The notes below the pieces were generated by a model. That model had not been told where the DNA came from. It was given only the letters and a program-made list of their open reading frames with translations, and ran no database searches. From positions 20,708,001 through 20,772,000 of the forward strand of contig CM119374.1 of the NCBI GenBank assembly GCA_051294905.1: a stretch of DNA of 64,000 nucleotides, in the 5' to 3' direction. Positions 25,201 to 34,400 of this stretch are shown here, one piece after another (position 1 is the stretch's first letter; every line of letters starts with the position of its first letter). A program made the position numbers and the translations under genes. Source of the DNA: Botryllus schlosseri. Its lineage: Eukaryota.

Positions 25201-27165
25201 TTAGGGTAAAGTACATGCGTAAATGCCGATTATACAATCTCATCGTGTTGACGAACTTACGCGTATGATAAGCTTGTCAACGAGTCCAGAAGTGCTGTCA
25301 ATTAGCAAGTCCCTGATCTCTCGCGAACAATTATACACGCTGCTTATCAACGCGTATTACGCAACTTTGGCGACAATTTTCGCAAGCATAAATGTCCGAG
25401 TTGTTATGGAATCTGTTCTATAATGGTACTGATTTCAGGTGGTTTAAACCTTTCTCGACTTTTAAAACTTGAGCCTTGACACACACCTTCTGACTGATGG
25501 TTATGTTTAAAACTATTAGCGGAATTGAATTACGCACTCACAATCGCACATGTCTGCGTACATTCGATGTTATTCCGTTTCGCGATGTCACTCTTTAATC
25601 ACAATCGCTAATCAGCATACACTTAACGGCATCGTCTCCTAGCCATCGGGAGTTAGGAGCCAACGCATGCTAGGCTCGCGACGCAATAGATGGCCAGTGG
25701 CCATTGGCCACTGGCCAGCGATGATATCTTTCCACCAGGCCTGTTGCAGATGCGATTCTGTAGGCCAGCGATAAATGCAATTGTGCTGGTCAGCGATGGG
25801 AGGATAGTGCGCGCCAGTACTATCGCAGATGCGATTCTTCAAGCCAGCGAAACTATGCTTGTCGGAGACGCAATAAATCAGGGGAGCGATGATTGCCGAG
25901 CGCGCGGCAATCGATGATCTAATTTCGCAATCATCTCAGCGGGAAATCGTGTAGCTTTACGTTGTGCAGTGCACAGACGAATCTCGCTGATTGGCCGTTC
26001 GCAACGTTTTACCTGGCTCACATATGCGGCAGCAGGTAATGTCGTAAATGGAAATACAATGCGATTTGTTCTAAATGGCGCAATTGACGTTTACGCCGAT
26101 ACATGCCAGCCAGAATTCTAGGTATGCCGCATACCTAAAAAAAATGTCTAGGTATACGCGGCATACCTTGCATACCCAGGTTCGGCGCCTATGCGTATAT
26201 TGTTACTGACAGCTCTGACCAGATGCGGGGTCAACACTTTCAAGTGCAAAATGTCAACCGTTAACTTGCGAGTACTTACTTGTTTCGTTTTCTCAGCCAA
26301 AGTCTTCTGCACCTCATCGTACCGAGCCTTCAGCTTTTGCAGCAGCAGGGTCTGCTTGAGATTGCTCTGTACCAAGTCACCATGAGACATTGCTTCCAGC
26401 TGAGCCTAAAAATGAAAGATTAAAATTTCCACCCACACAAATTATGATCGCTGTTTTCGACAATAATAACAGCGGCATCGATATAGCTATTGAACGGCCA
26501 ACCTATGCAAATTCATTTTCACGATAATATCGTATATCTGTCAACAGATCCAGTCTTGGCTGGGCACATTTGCATACTAGAAACCATCGCGCTGCATACT
26601 CGACATCGAAGGGCTCCTGATGAGTTGAAGGTGTTGCGATCGGAACAGAAAATGGATCTCTCAAGAGAAAGCGTATCTCTACATTTCTACATGACATAAC
26701 AATACCGATCGGACTTAATTTTTTCTTCAAGTTCTGATTCTCATTCCACTTAATGAAGAATGTGCTACATTGTGTTTGGGCTCCCTGTATAATCAGAATG
26801 GTCACCAGTGAATTCGGAACTTGGCAGCCCGTAATCCAAATCCTATCCTACCCCTAACCGCTACTATAAAGACATTAATATATACATAATGAAACATTCA
26901 TTTTTGAATTCAACATTACAATATTGATGAATCGCCTTCATAATATAAACAGTCGTTACATTTCCAGTGATGCCAAATTCAGCTTGCCGAATACACGGCG
27001 TGCAGATCCACCACAGTGATGTGCCTTCACAGTATCGCCATCATTACTGAAGCAGTTTACTTCAAACAACGCTACAATCGATAAACGTGCTGTATTAAAA
27101 CAGGTAATTTTCAGTACCTTGCGGTTTGGAGTACCGCCACTCTGCTTTGTAGGCGTTGCATCCAT
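7218..27165 (-). CDS. GCC2: GRIP and coiled-coil domain-containing protein 2 (GCC185 golgin); whole gene model, 19 coding exons, ~1914 aa
   Basis: All 19 exons have GT-AG boundaries and join in phase (5745 nt in total). Diagnostic peptides resemble vertebrate GCC2: KLKVIAVKSKKEL, EYESYKIRVHTVLKQQK, LKDEIRRLEKNQERETSVANMEYLKNVLYKF (GRIP) and the C-terminal GWSGYFQRWSGLQ*. Additional small phase-0 exons could have been missed. Confidence 0.93.
7439..7864. mobile_element. hAT-type 'GACTCGAGTC' MITE family copy (last intron of GCC2)
   Basis: Termini CAGGGTATAA/TTACAACTCTG; colinear with the copies at 28951, 38329, 57792 and 63490; no TSD seen. Confidence 0.8.
8052..8214 (-). CDS. GCC2: GCC2 coding exon 18, GRIP domain
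   Basis: ttcctag|GAG...GCA G|gtaacg; ANMEYLKNVLYKFITLPPCDEKKHLLPVIDTMLKFDPTEK, with the invariant GRIP tyrosine. Confidence 0.95.
8275..8720. repeat. Degenerate tandem repeat, period ~95-108 bp, 4-5 units (GCC2 intron)
   Basis: The motif (c)attac.tagaatcagttc recurs at ~8381, 8479, 8587 and 8682. Confidence 0.65.
8798..8988 (-). CDS. GCC2: GCC2 coding exon 17
   Basis: gtcgcag|TG...CAG|gtgggt; KKLDHLAEVVRENEATVSRLTEQNRVLKDEIRRLEKNQ. Confidence 0.93.
9728..9852 (-). CDS. GCC2: GCC2 coding exon 16
   Basis: cataacag|G...GCG G|gtattt; LAREDAEGEEDPDVPQTFERLL resembles vertebrate TREEGEGME...SLEQLL. Confidence 0.88.
9904..10104. mobile_element. Short internally deleted copy of the 'GACTCGAGTC' MITE
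   Basis: Termini CAGGGCTGTAA/TTACAACCCTG with subterminal GACTC repeats. Confidence 0.8.
10432..10525 (-). CDS. GCC2: GCC2 coding exon 15 (S/P-rich linker)
   Basis: tattttcag|CT...AG|gtaggc; phase 1 to 2 bridges the neighbours exactly; ASSTPHKRTNLPSPIPPSS. Confidence 0.8.
11454..11701 (-). CDS. GCC2: GCC2 coding exon 14
   Basis: atttccag|A...CGA G|gtagct; phase 2 to 1. Confidence 0.88.
13040..13216 (-). CDS. GCC2: GCC2 coding exon 13
   Basis: gcgtacag|C...AG|gtagga; phase 2 to 2. Confidence 0.88.
13604..13746 (-). CDS. GCC2: GCC2 coding exon 12
   Basis: cgtttcag|GCC...AT|gtacgg; SEYESYKIRVHTVLKQQK, a hallmark GCC2 motif. Confidence 0.93.
14447..14563 (-). CDS. GCC2: GCC2 coding exon 11
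   Basis: cattttcag|CTG...CAG|gtattt. Confidence 0.85.
15017..15181 (-). CDS. GCC2: GCC2 coding exon 10
   Basis: gattcacag|CTC...AAA|gtacgt; a 129-bp in-frame stop-free intron separates it from exon 9. Confidence 0.85.
15311..15487 (-). CDS. GCC2: GCC2 coding exon 9
   Basis: ttccgtag|GGT...CAG|gtatcc; MLALEIAQYERSVSELN. Confidence 0.9.
15573..15734. mobile_element. Small MITE of a second family (CAGAGGTGG TIR, ctacttctact-rich); related pieces at ~9133, ~12615-12810, ~17940-18110, 34998-35475, ~48290-48380, ~48990-49240 and ~62310-62430
   Basis: TIR CAGAGGTGG/CCACCTCTG; recurrent gaagtag/ctacttc and tactcgagta motifs; no TSD seen. Confidence 0.65.
15822..15926 (-). CDS. GCC2: GCC2 coding exon 8
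   Basis: gttttgtag|AAC...AAG|gtatga; NEEQLKEKVASLDGELNRQK; not in the ORF track because it has no ATG. Confidence 0.85.
16008..16459. mobile_element. Degenerate foldback MITE related to the 36346 and 61222 elements
   Basis: Imperfect inverted arms and the shared core aattccaaccagtagaagcgg. Confidence 0.55.
16571..16735 (-). CDS. GCC2: GCC2 coding exon 7
   Basis: tttttgcag|AAA...AAG|gtgttc; coiled coil. Confidence 0.88.
17190..17412 (+). mobile_element. 3' UTR fragment of the same LINE family with a (TGAT)n tail; shorter copies at ~2285-2345 (-), ~33505-33635 (+) and ~40720-40826 (-)
   Basis: Shared core cgcctaggcca...gtgtctgatc..aaagactactccaag; AATAAA followed by ctgattgattgattgatt. Confidence 0.6.
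17718..17867 (-). CDS. GCC2: GCC2 coding exon 6
   Basis: tttttgcag|GGC...GAG|gtatgg; QMMQLECDKLQDRLD. Confidence 0.9.
18503..18672 (-). CDS. GCC2: GCC2 coding exon 5
   Basis: cgtccag|AA...CAG|gtacgc; encodes KLKVIAVKSKKELEATKKKL. Confidence 0.92.
19283..19415 (-). CDS. GCC2: GCC2 coding exon 4
   Basis: ctcggcag|GCG...AGA G|gtaggc; phase 0 to 1, matching both neighbours. Confidence 0.85.
19710..20190 (+). repeat. Dispersed repeat; diverged direct copy at ~25500-26090
   Basis: Shared blocks ttatgttt..attagcggaa, cacttaac.gcat, ggagccaa.gc.tgc and ccaggcctgttgcagatg.gatt. Confidence 0.65.
20544..23723 (-). CDS. GCC2: GCC2 coding exon 3, giant 3180-bp coiled-coil exon
   Basis: Contains the 1046-aa ORF 20520..23660; acceptor gatttcag|AAC, donor GAG|gtaagt; E/K/L-rich heptad composition. 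Confidence 0.93.
23894..25062. mobile_element. Non-autonomous hAT-like element, ~1.17 kb (GCC2 intron 2)
   Basis: TIR CAGGGGCGTATCCAG/CTGGATACGCCCCCG; flanks gatcgagg/agtcgagg (6/8 TSD). Confidence 0.7.
26280..26405 (-). CDS. GCC2: GCC2 coding exon 2
   Basis: tttttag|GCT...CAA|gtaagt; AQLEAMSHGDLVQSNLKQTLLLQKLKARYDEV resembles LETLPKEDLIKFAKKQMMLIQKAKSRC. Confidence 0.88.
27118..27165 (-). CDS. GCC2: GCC2 coding exon 1 (MDATPTKQSGGTPNRK)
   Basis: ATG at 27165, donor AAG|gtactg; upstream acceptor ttttgtag at 27213; resembles the vertebrate GCC2 N-terminus (SPATPGTGKSK). Confidence 0.75.
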
Positions 27166-28950
27166 GATGACTTCGTATCACCTCATTTTTCGACTATTTT
27201 ACTAGAGAAAACCTACAAAAAATGCTCCATTAGTACATCGAATGACGGTGTGAAACTGATAAATGAAAATGCACAGAAAATCGTCAAGCTATCTTCGTGA
27301 GAAAACATTTACGAAAACGACACTACAAAACAGAGGATCTCTGTCACACACGGAATTCTACTAGCAAAATAAGCCTTCAACATGATTTCATCATGAAAGG
27401 CAAGACATGTGAATCACATCGCCATCTGTAGGGCAAGGGTAACAATTATAAATATCCTCGAGTCACATTGAGGTAAACGCAACAACAAAAACTGCTACAT
27501 GACATCATGAAATACATAAAATCTATAGTTAAAATATCTCAAAATATTTTGGGAATATTCAAACCTTCCCCAACCAGTGGTCGGATTTAAATTCATTGGC
27601 TGGTTCCGTTACAAACTGTAATGCTACCAGATTCTATGATGTCATATAACTTTGTGATACAGTACTATAGAATTGACTGCTTCAAACCCTCTACCAAAAA
27701 TGATGCTGTTACCTAGACACATAATATCACTAAGTAGAGATTCAGTTATTTCAAAGACAGCAGGCCTATATACTGAGGTGGAAATCACATCAGTTAAGTA
27801 AAGGAACAAAACATTGTCTGGCCCGCACAATTGAAAAACTAACCCTTAGCCTATTATCAAAGCAAAATATGTGGACATAAAAATTTGCACAATTCACCAT
27901 CATTATGATCGGAAAATACAGGAAAATACCTTCGCTACTGTATTTACTATATGAATTACCAACATTTGTGATTACAGCAGGTTGTCATATATATTACAAA
28001 CTACAAACCTAAAATTCACCAGCTGAAAGGGTGGGGGCTCCACATACTGACTCTGTACGTCAATTGCCATTACGGTAGAAAATAGACCTTAACCGGTACA
28101 ACTTTTTGATCTTATCCAATGTTTTCAAGATATTAGAAGTCATTATAGAATTCGCTGGTGTGATCATTCATAAGCTTTGTCACGAAAACTCACTGTAGGA
28201 ACACTGCTTGAATGATGTGCCACAAGTAACTAATTATTGTAATTTGTGAGTTTATACCCACATTAATAAGCAAATATGCATGTATCATGTATCGATGGAT
28301 AATTTTCGAATCGAGGAATAGAAATATTTTGAAAATGTAGTGGATTAAAATGCAAGCTTTGATACAATCTGAATGGTTTAAGAGTAATGGCAGATTCATA
28401 ACACCATGAATAATACCAGCATAACGCAGGTTCCTCATAACAGTCATAACATACCTGGAGTGGAACAGAAACAGCAACATATACATGGTTAATAATGATC
28501 AGACCATATACGAGCATCACTCTGTATGCTAGCTCTCACAGTTGGGCAGCATGAAACACAGGCACTTACAGACAGGTTATATTTCGGGCATGAGGGGGGT
28601 CATCAAAGAAATTAGGTAGGGGTAAAAACAACATTTCGCATAAATAGTTGGATATGTATTAAACACTGTCATAACTTCAGGTAATGGCTGATGATTTTTT
28701 TCAGCGCTACACGAAAAAAAAGTGTCACATAGTTAACAAATCTGAAAATTGGTTCTTCAATTTCGACAGGTAAGCTGATGCAGCTTATAGCTGGAAAGAT
28801 GCTTAGCACCTATCAAACAGCAGCCTTTACAATCATGCTGGGCGGCATAAAAACGAAACTTACGGCTGATAGGCCCATTCGTTAATAATAGTGGCTTCAA
28901 GGCTCTCGTGGTGGGGGAGAATATATCAAAACTGAAATTTTACTGGATAA

Positions 28951-29348
28951 CAGGGTTGTAACCAAGGCACGAGGTTATGAGTCATTTTCAATTTAACACC
29001 GAGTCAGCTAGTAGAGGGCCGTGTCCCAGTCATATTGTTTCGGCTGGAGTCTGAGCCATCACGTACACAGTTCAGTTTTCAGTTCAATGGCTCGCATTCA
29101 AAATATAGTAATTTTCCCAAGTCTTAACAGTTTTCGGCCCCATTTGTCATGTATCAGGACTGATAGACGAAATACCAATAATGTGGTAACTTCACTATTG
29201 TTAGAAGCTACAATGAAATGTCTGTATTGGCCGTCCTATCTCGAGTCATGCACAATGATTCGAGTACAAGTCGAGTCAAAACACAAATTGACTCGGGCCG
29301 AGTCAACAAAAAAAATCGCGAGTCATAACACGAGTCATTACAGCCCTG
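28951..29348. mobile_element. 'GACTCGAGTC' MITE in the probable 3' UTR of the ZNF gene
   Basis: Termini CAGGGTTGTAA/TTACAGCCCTG, perfect 8-bp TSD ctggataa, 82 bp from the ZNF stop codon. Confidence 0.9.
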
Positions 29349-29430
29349 CTGGATAATGTACCCTTTATCGTCAAGGGGTATAATTTCAGTAACTAGTAAC
29401 AATATCATCGCACCCAGCCCTAGTCAACGC

Positions 29431-31473
29431 TCAATGCCTATAGTGCTGCCGCCCAGTCTGCAGCTGAAATATCATAGAGTCGCTGGTTTGAGCCTGGTGG
29501 CCGTGCCGGTGCTGGTCATACCCCGGGACAGTAGAAGGCGCGGGCAAGGCGCCGTCCAAAATATGACCGGTCGGGTCTCTGTCCTGCTGACCCAAAGGCC
29601 TGTAGTGATTCTGGTGCCCGTCGTCTCTCGGCATTCGGTCGTTGTACTGAATTTGTTCCATGTGCGTCTGTAGGGGCATTTTCTGCCCTAAAACAGACGC
29701 TAAAATGTCGGCATCGATAGTGTTCTCCCTTTGTTGATGACTAACGGGGAAGGCGAAGGTAGGATACAGTTGCGGTTCCGGGATTTGCTTTTCGTGGAAA
29801 CTCTGCTTCGACACGTCCTGGTGATGGTTCGACATCCCTTGTCTGTAAGGTGTGGTTTTCTTGACCATCCTTGCCCCCGGTTTGGTCATGTGACTCTGCA
29901 TAGCGTCCATGGCGTGATCGTTTGTGGATTTTGGAATCATGCCATGTTGGACACTGCCGTAATTCGGCATCGAGCAAGGGTACATATTCATTCGGTCTCT
30001 GGCGTCGTGCGACGTGCCTTGCGATAGATCGGTGGGTCCGCTGACGGGATTGTTTGCAGATAAATCCACGGGCTCAACAGATTGACCTGTTATTGTAGGT
30101 AACGGCAACAGCGAAACATCCTGTTGACACTTTCGCAAATGCCCGTCCAACGAGCATTTGTACCCAAACTGCTTACCACAGTTAGAACACACGTAATTCT
30201 TCTCCCTCGTGTGCACCACCCTGTGTTTCCGCAGGGCGCCTTTTTCCACAAAGCTCTTACCGCATAGTTCGCAAGTAAAAGGCCTGTCGCCGCTATGTAT
30301 TCGTTCGTGATTCACCATATCTGTCTTGTTGCGGAACGCTTTTCCGCAGACAGAACACTTGTGCGGTTTTATACCCAAGTGATCGAGCTGATGGTAATGG
30401 TAGCCTTGTCTCGAAGAAAACACGCGCCCGCATTTCTCACAAGTAAAATGGGGTGGAGAGAGGTGATCCTTAATGTGTCTCGTCAATTGCGATTGTATCG
30501 CGAAGGCTTTGTTGCACAAATTGCATCGGTACGGTCTCTCGTTGAGATGTTTCGCCCTCGTGTGCCGTATAATCGATCGTATCGAAGATAACTTGTGGCC
30601 GCAATCGTTACATTCGTACATTAGATCGCCAGAGTGCGATCGTTTGTGACACTCGAGCCTGCATTTGAATTGGAAGGATTTACCGCAGCTGTCTACGTCG
30701 CAACGGAACAGTAAATCCTTTCCCAAATTAGCGATGTGATCTTCGTAAGCGACCATGCTTTCAAAGTAATTCCCGCAGTCCATGCACGCAGGGGAATGCG
30801 CGTCGCCGTGATCTGTAATGTGTTGAAGGTATTCCTCCTCGTTCGTCAATTGTCTGTCGCATAGAACGCAAGTATACCAGCCTATGAATTTAGACCCGAC
30901 ACGACGCCAAACGTCACGCGGCCTCTTCTTTCTGGCTTCCTCTTCCTCGCAAGACTCATCGTCGTAACGCTTTCGTTTGTGCTTCTTGGGTTTACGGCTT
31001 TTGCGTTTTTTCTTACGTTCCTGCGGTACCCTTTTCGTTTCGTCAAGTATTTCCTCGGACAGTATCGGGTGCAGCTGTAGACCCATGTCACAATCGATCT
31101 CATCTTGAGGTATGTCCGTTTGCGCGCAATCATCTCCCGACGTATCTCCGTTTTGTTGACTATTCTCCAAGTCGGGTGATAGTAGCAGCTCTTCGACTGC
31201 TGCAGCACGGGAGGCTAGCTTACTGTGCTGTACGTAAGAATCAAGTTTGCCCGTAATCTCCTCCAAAGCGACGTCAGTGTCGGCTAATGTACCGGCGATG
31301 TCGAACTCTTCGCATTTTTCAACTTGAATGAATCGATACTTTTTCGTGAGTAATCGGTCGCGTTCTAGCAAGGCGTCAAGGGCAGCGGTTAGCGACGAAT
31401 AGATGGCGAAAAACTCGTTGAACTTTTCGATGACGGCTGACGGAGCGTGGCCAAAGTAGAGAGAAGATACCAT
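29431..31473 (-). CDS. Intronless C2H2 zinc-finger protein, 680 aa, ~9 fingers (finger 2 degenerate, last finger C2HC), basic NLS-like stretch RKKKRKSRKPKKHKRKR
   Basis: Uninterrupted 2043-bp ORF; tandem CxxC-x12-HxxxH repeats with SGDRPF/LGIKPH/TREKNY linkers. Confidence 0.92.
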   Translation of the reverse strand: MVSSLYFGHAPSAVIEKFNEFFAIYSSLTAALDALLERDRLLTKKYRFIQVEKCEEFDIAGTLADTDVALEEITGKLDSYVQHSKLASRAAAVEELLLSPDLENSQQNGDTSGDDCAQTDIPQDEIDCDMGLQLHPILSEEILDETKRVPQERKKKRKSRKPKKHKRKRYDDESCEEEEARKKRPRDVWRRVGSKFIGWYTCVLCDRQLTNEEEYLQHITDHGDAHSPACMDCGNYFESMVAYEDHIANLGKDLLFRCDVDSCGKSFQFKCRLECHKRSHSGDLMYECNDCGHKLSSIRSIIRHTRAKHLNERPYRCNLCNKAFAIQSQLTRHIKDHLSPPHFTCEKCGRVFSSRQGYHYHQLDHLGIKPHKCSVCGKAFRNKTDMVNHERIHSGDRPFTCELCGKSFVEKGALRKHRVVHTREKNYVCSNCGKQFGYKCSLDGHLRKCQQDVSLLPLPTITGQSVEPVDLSANNPVSGPTDLSQGTSHDARDRMNMYPCSMPNYGSVQHGMIPKSTNDHAMDAMQSHMTKPGARMVKKTTPYRQGMSNHHQDVSKQSFHEKQIPEPQLYPTFAFPVSHQQRENTIDADILASVLGQKMPLQTHMEQIQYNDRMPRDDGHQNHYRPLGQQDRDPTGHILDGALPAPSTVPGYDQHRHGHQAQTSDSMIFQLQTGRQHYRH

Positions 31474-34400
31474 GATTTGTGGCTGTTCTCATTTATAGCT
31501 ACATAGCACGCTATAATAGGAATATTAGTTAGTTAAAACATAACAATCGAATTGTACTGCAGTTGCATAATGACATGATCAGAGATTGTAAAAGTTATCA
31601 TCATTGCTATTCCATCTTAAATAGAAGTACCGCTCTAAAGTTCTACTCAGTTACAAGTACAAGAAGACATGTCAATACTACTTCGTGCAGAAACTGAAGA
31701 TCCAAAAAGTACACGGCTAGTGTTAACAAGTAGATTTGGTCGCATAGTTTCTGAAGTCAATCGTATGAGGTCACCTTACATATTGGGGGTGCATCTCCGC
31801 GACTAAAGCAAATGACATTACAAATACATTAGGTGCAATGTTTGAAAATATATCCAGTTGTCATGGTACTTTTTACTTTACAATATCAAATGTATACAAA
31901 GTAAGCGGTTTTGTCTAAAGAACTGTCAAGTTCAAATGAAAGTAGTTGATAAGTAGTTTAAGAAAAATCTACTTGATTACTGCCTGTATGGAATCGGTGT
32001 CCTGTGCTCATACTATGTTTTATTTTTAATTATTTTTTATTAAATTACTTCAACTTGGAGAATCATCGCTGCTCATACATGTTATATTAGGCAAAACGTA
32101 CCGACATTCCAGTAGGGCTCGCAAGTAGGAGTACATCGTTACTCACGAACTCTGTGTGTGATATTTTTCAATTAAATCAAACTTCGGCCTCAAAACCATT
32201 GAATTCATTTGTAATTACAACAAAGAGAGGATAAAGCAAAGGATAGGCCGAATAAACAGAACACTTTCATTTCAAACATGTTTAAATAGTGCAAATATAA
32301 ATTATTGCAGTGGAGTAGGCAGTACTAATCTACTTGAGTACCGTACTCATATTCAGTAGTACGCCTACACAGCTACCGATATGATGGCGCTAGTAGTCTA
32401 AAATATATCCTAACAGCAAGAAATGCGAGAGGTATTCCCAGGAGGCACTTAACCTGTGTGCTAATTTGCATATTGTCACATACAGCTGCCATGGGGTCGC
32501 TGAGCCAACAAAATCATCGCTTGCTAAAGTCATGAGCTCTCTTCACACTATGTCAGTCCCACTTTCATTTGAATAACCATGATAAATATTACTATGCACA
32601 GAAAACCAGGGGTACGAGATTTGAATGTAACGTGCATGAAGAATTCATAGTTTTGAAAATTATTAATTGTAATTTTTCAATTGTAATTTGAAAAATTGGA
32701 GATTGTACTATTATTCTCCTACTTTTCAGAATTACTTGACCAAGACATGTCAACTTATGCACAATTTCACACATCATAATTCATAGGTATATCGTTTTTG
32801 ATATTATTTGCGTTCTCATACTATGGGGGAGGCCCCGATACCAATATCATATTTCTGTGGTAGATGCAACTGCACAATCATCAAATTGAACCACAAAATA
32901 ATATTTGTGAAGATCATGAAAATAGAGCACACATAATTACATGTTCCAATTCTAATATATTCAATTTAAATTCAGCTTGCCAGCCATAGACGAACACATG
33001 GATGGAAGACGTTTAAAATGACGAAAAAAAAGAGAAATCATTTACGAAAGTCATGTCTGAGAAGAGCAGGAATGGCTTGATGACTATTGAAAAAGCCCAC
33101 TCTTCGATGATAAGTAATCAAAAGTTTCAATGCATTATAGTAGAAATGTTCAGAAATTTACATAAAAACATCAGTCATAAGATCACCCATACAACAACCA
33201 GGACTCAGTAATACTCCTATGCCAGATTGGAAACTGTGGTTATTTTCGTCAATAAGTTGTGTGTGACAGAAGGGTTTCATGCATTAAATAATTTATTTAT
33301 TAAACGGGAAGTTGAGCGTGACGTTGCCACCAATTCCACTCTGGCTCCAATGCAGCCATTCTAATATTCAGCGCTGAAAAACTGAAGGCCAGTTGCCTAG
33401 TCCCCATAGGTCGAATGCAGTAAGTCTGGATATCACAAATTTATTAAATCTATCATTTTTACCTTTTCATTGTATGGCAATTTAGTGGTGTTTTTAATTG
33501 ATTAATTCAGTGTGCAAGCCTTTTCTCAACTTCGCCTAGGCAAAGGTGTGTGTCTGATCTCAAAGACTACTCCATATCTTTTCATTGTGTCGCAGTTTTG
33601 AAATGATTAAAATATGAATAAAAGGGATTGATGAAACGTAAATAAATGTGCTGCTAAATCAACTTGACACCTAAATGGACTAAAATATGTCTGTGAGGTT
33701 TTAATATTAGTGGGCCAATTTTCCTAATTGTAAAAGAACTCTGGGGCCTACAATAGGTTACTTCAGAGGCCTGGTGCTTGATGAATTCAACGAATAATGT
33801 GAAATATATTTATATCAGAATATTCAAAATAACATGGAACGAAGAATGAATCAAATGTGATGCCTTTATGGAAACCGATCGACGACTTGTTCAAAATATA
33901 GTGTAATAATATCCAACTAATGGGCTCCTTTTTGTGAAGTTGCCCTTCGGGGTCGGGCTTTAATGTGAGTTACGTAGTCTGTATTTGAGATTACAAGGCC
34001 GCTGTATAACTGTCATTGCCTCTTATCCATTCCTCAACGGCGGTGCGATCGATGGCTACGACTATATATCGAATTTAATCAGATGTAACAACAGAAGCAG
34101 AGGCATGTGAATTACTTTAGCAATGTGCATAAAATACTGCCTCCAAACAATTCTTACGCGATCCAAACCCCTTTATCACCTCTCATGCAAGTTGCTTGAT
34201 CTTTGCTGACGCCCCCAACAGGTGAATCGCGAAGTGTCAATTGTCTTGCCAGTTTTCTTCCTGACCTACTCTTTTACCGTGTTAGTATGGGCTTTTGGTG
34301 AAATGAAACGGCAATTTAAATATTTCAAAGCAAGTAAAATGTTTTTTTCTACAACTAAAGCCCCACAGACAATATATATTTACTATAAGAACGCTGCAGC

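Noticed and set aside
29356-31208. Antisense and alternative-frame ORFs overlapping the ZNF gene
   Set aside because: Shadow ORFs of a long GC-richer CDS
33935-33965. gccc-ttcg-gggt tetraloop-like hairpin
   Set aside because: Too short; no tRNA, rRNA or snRNA context
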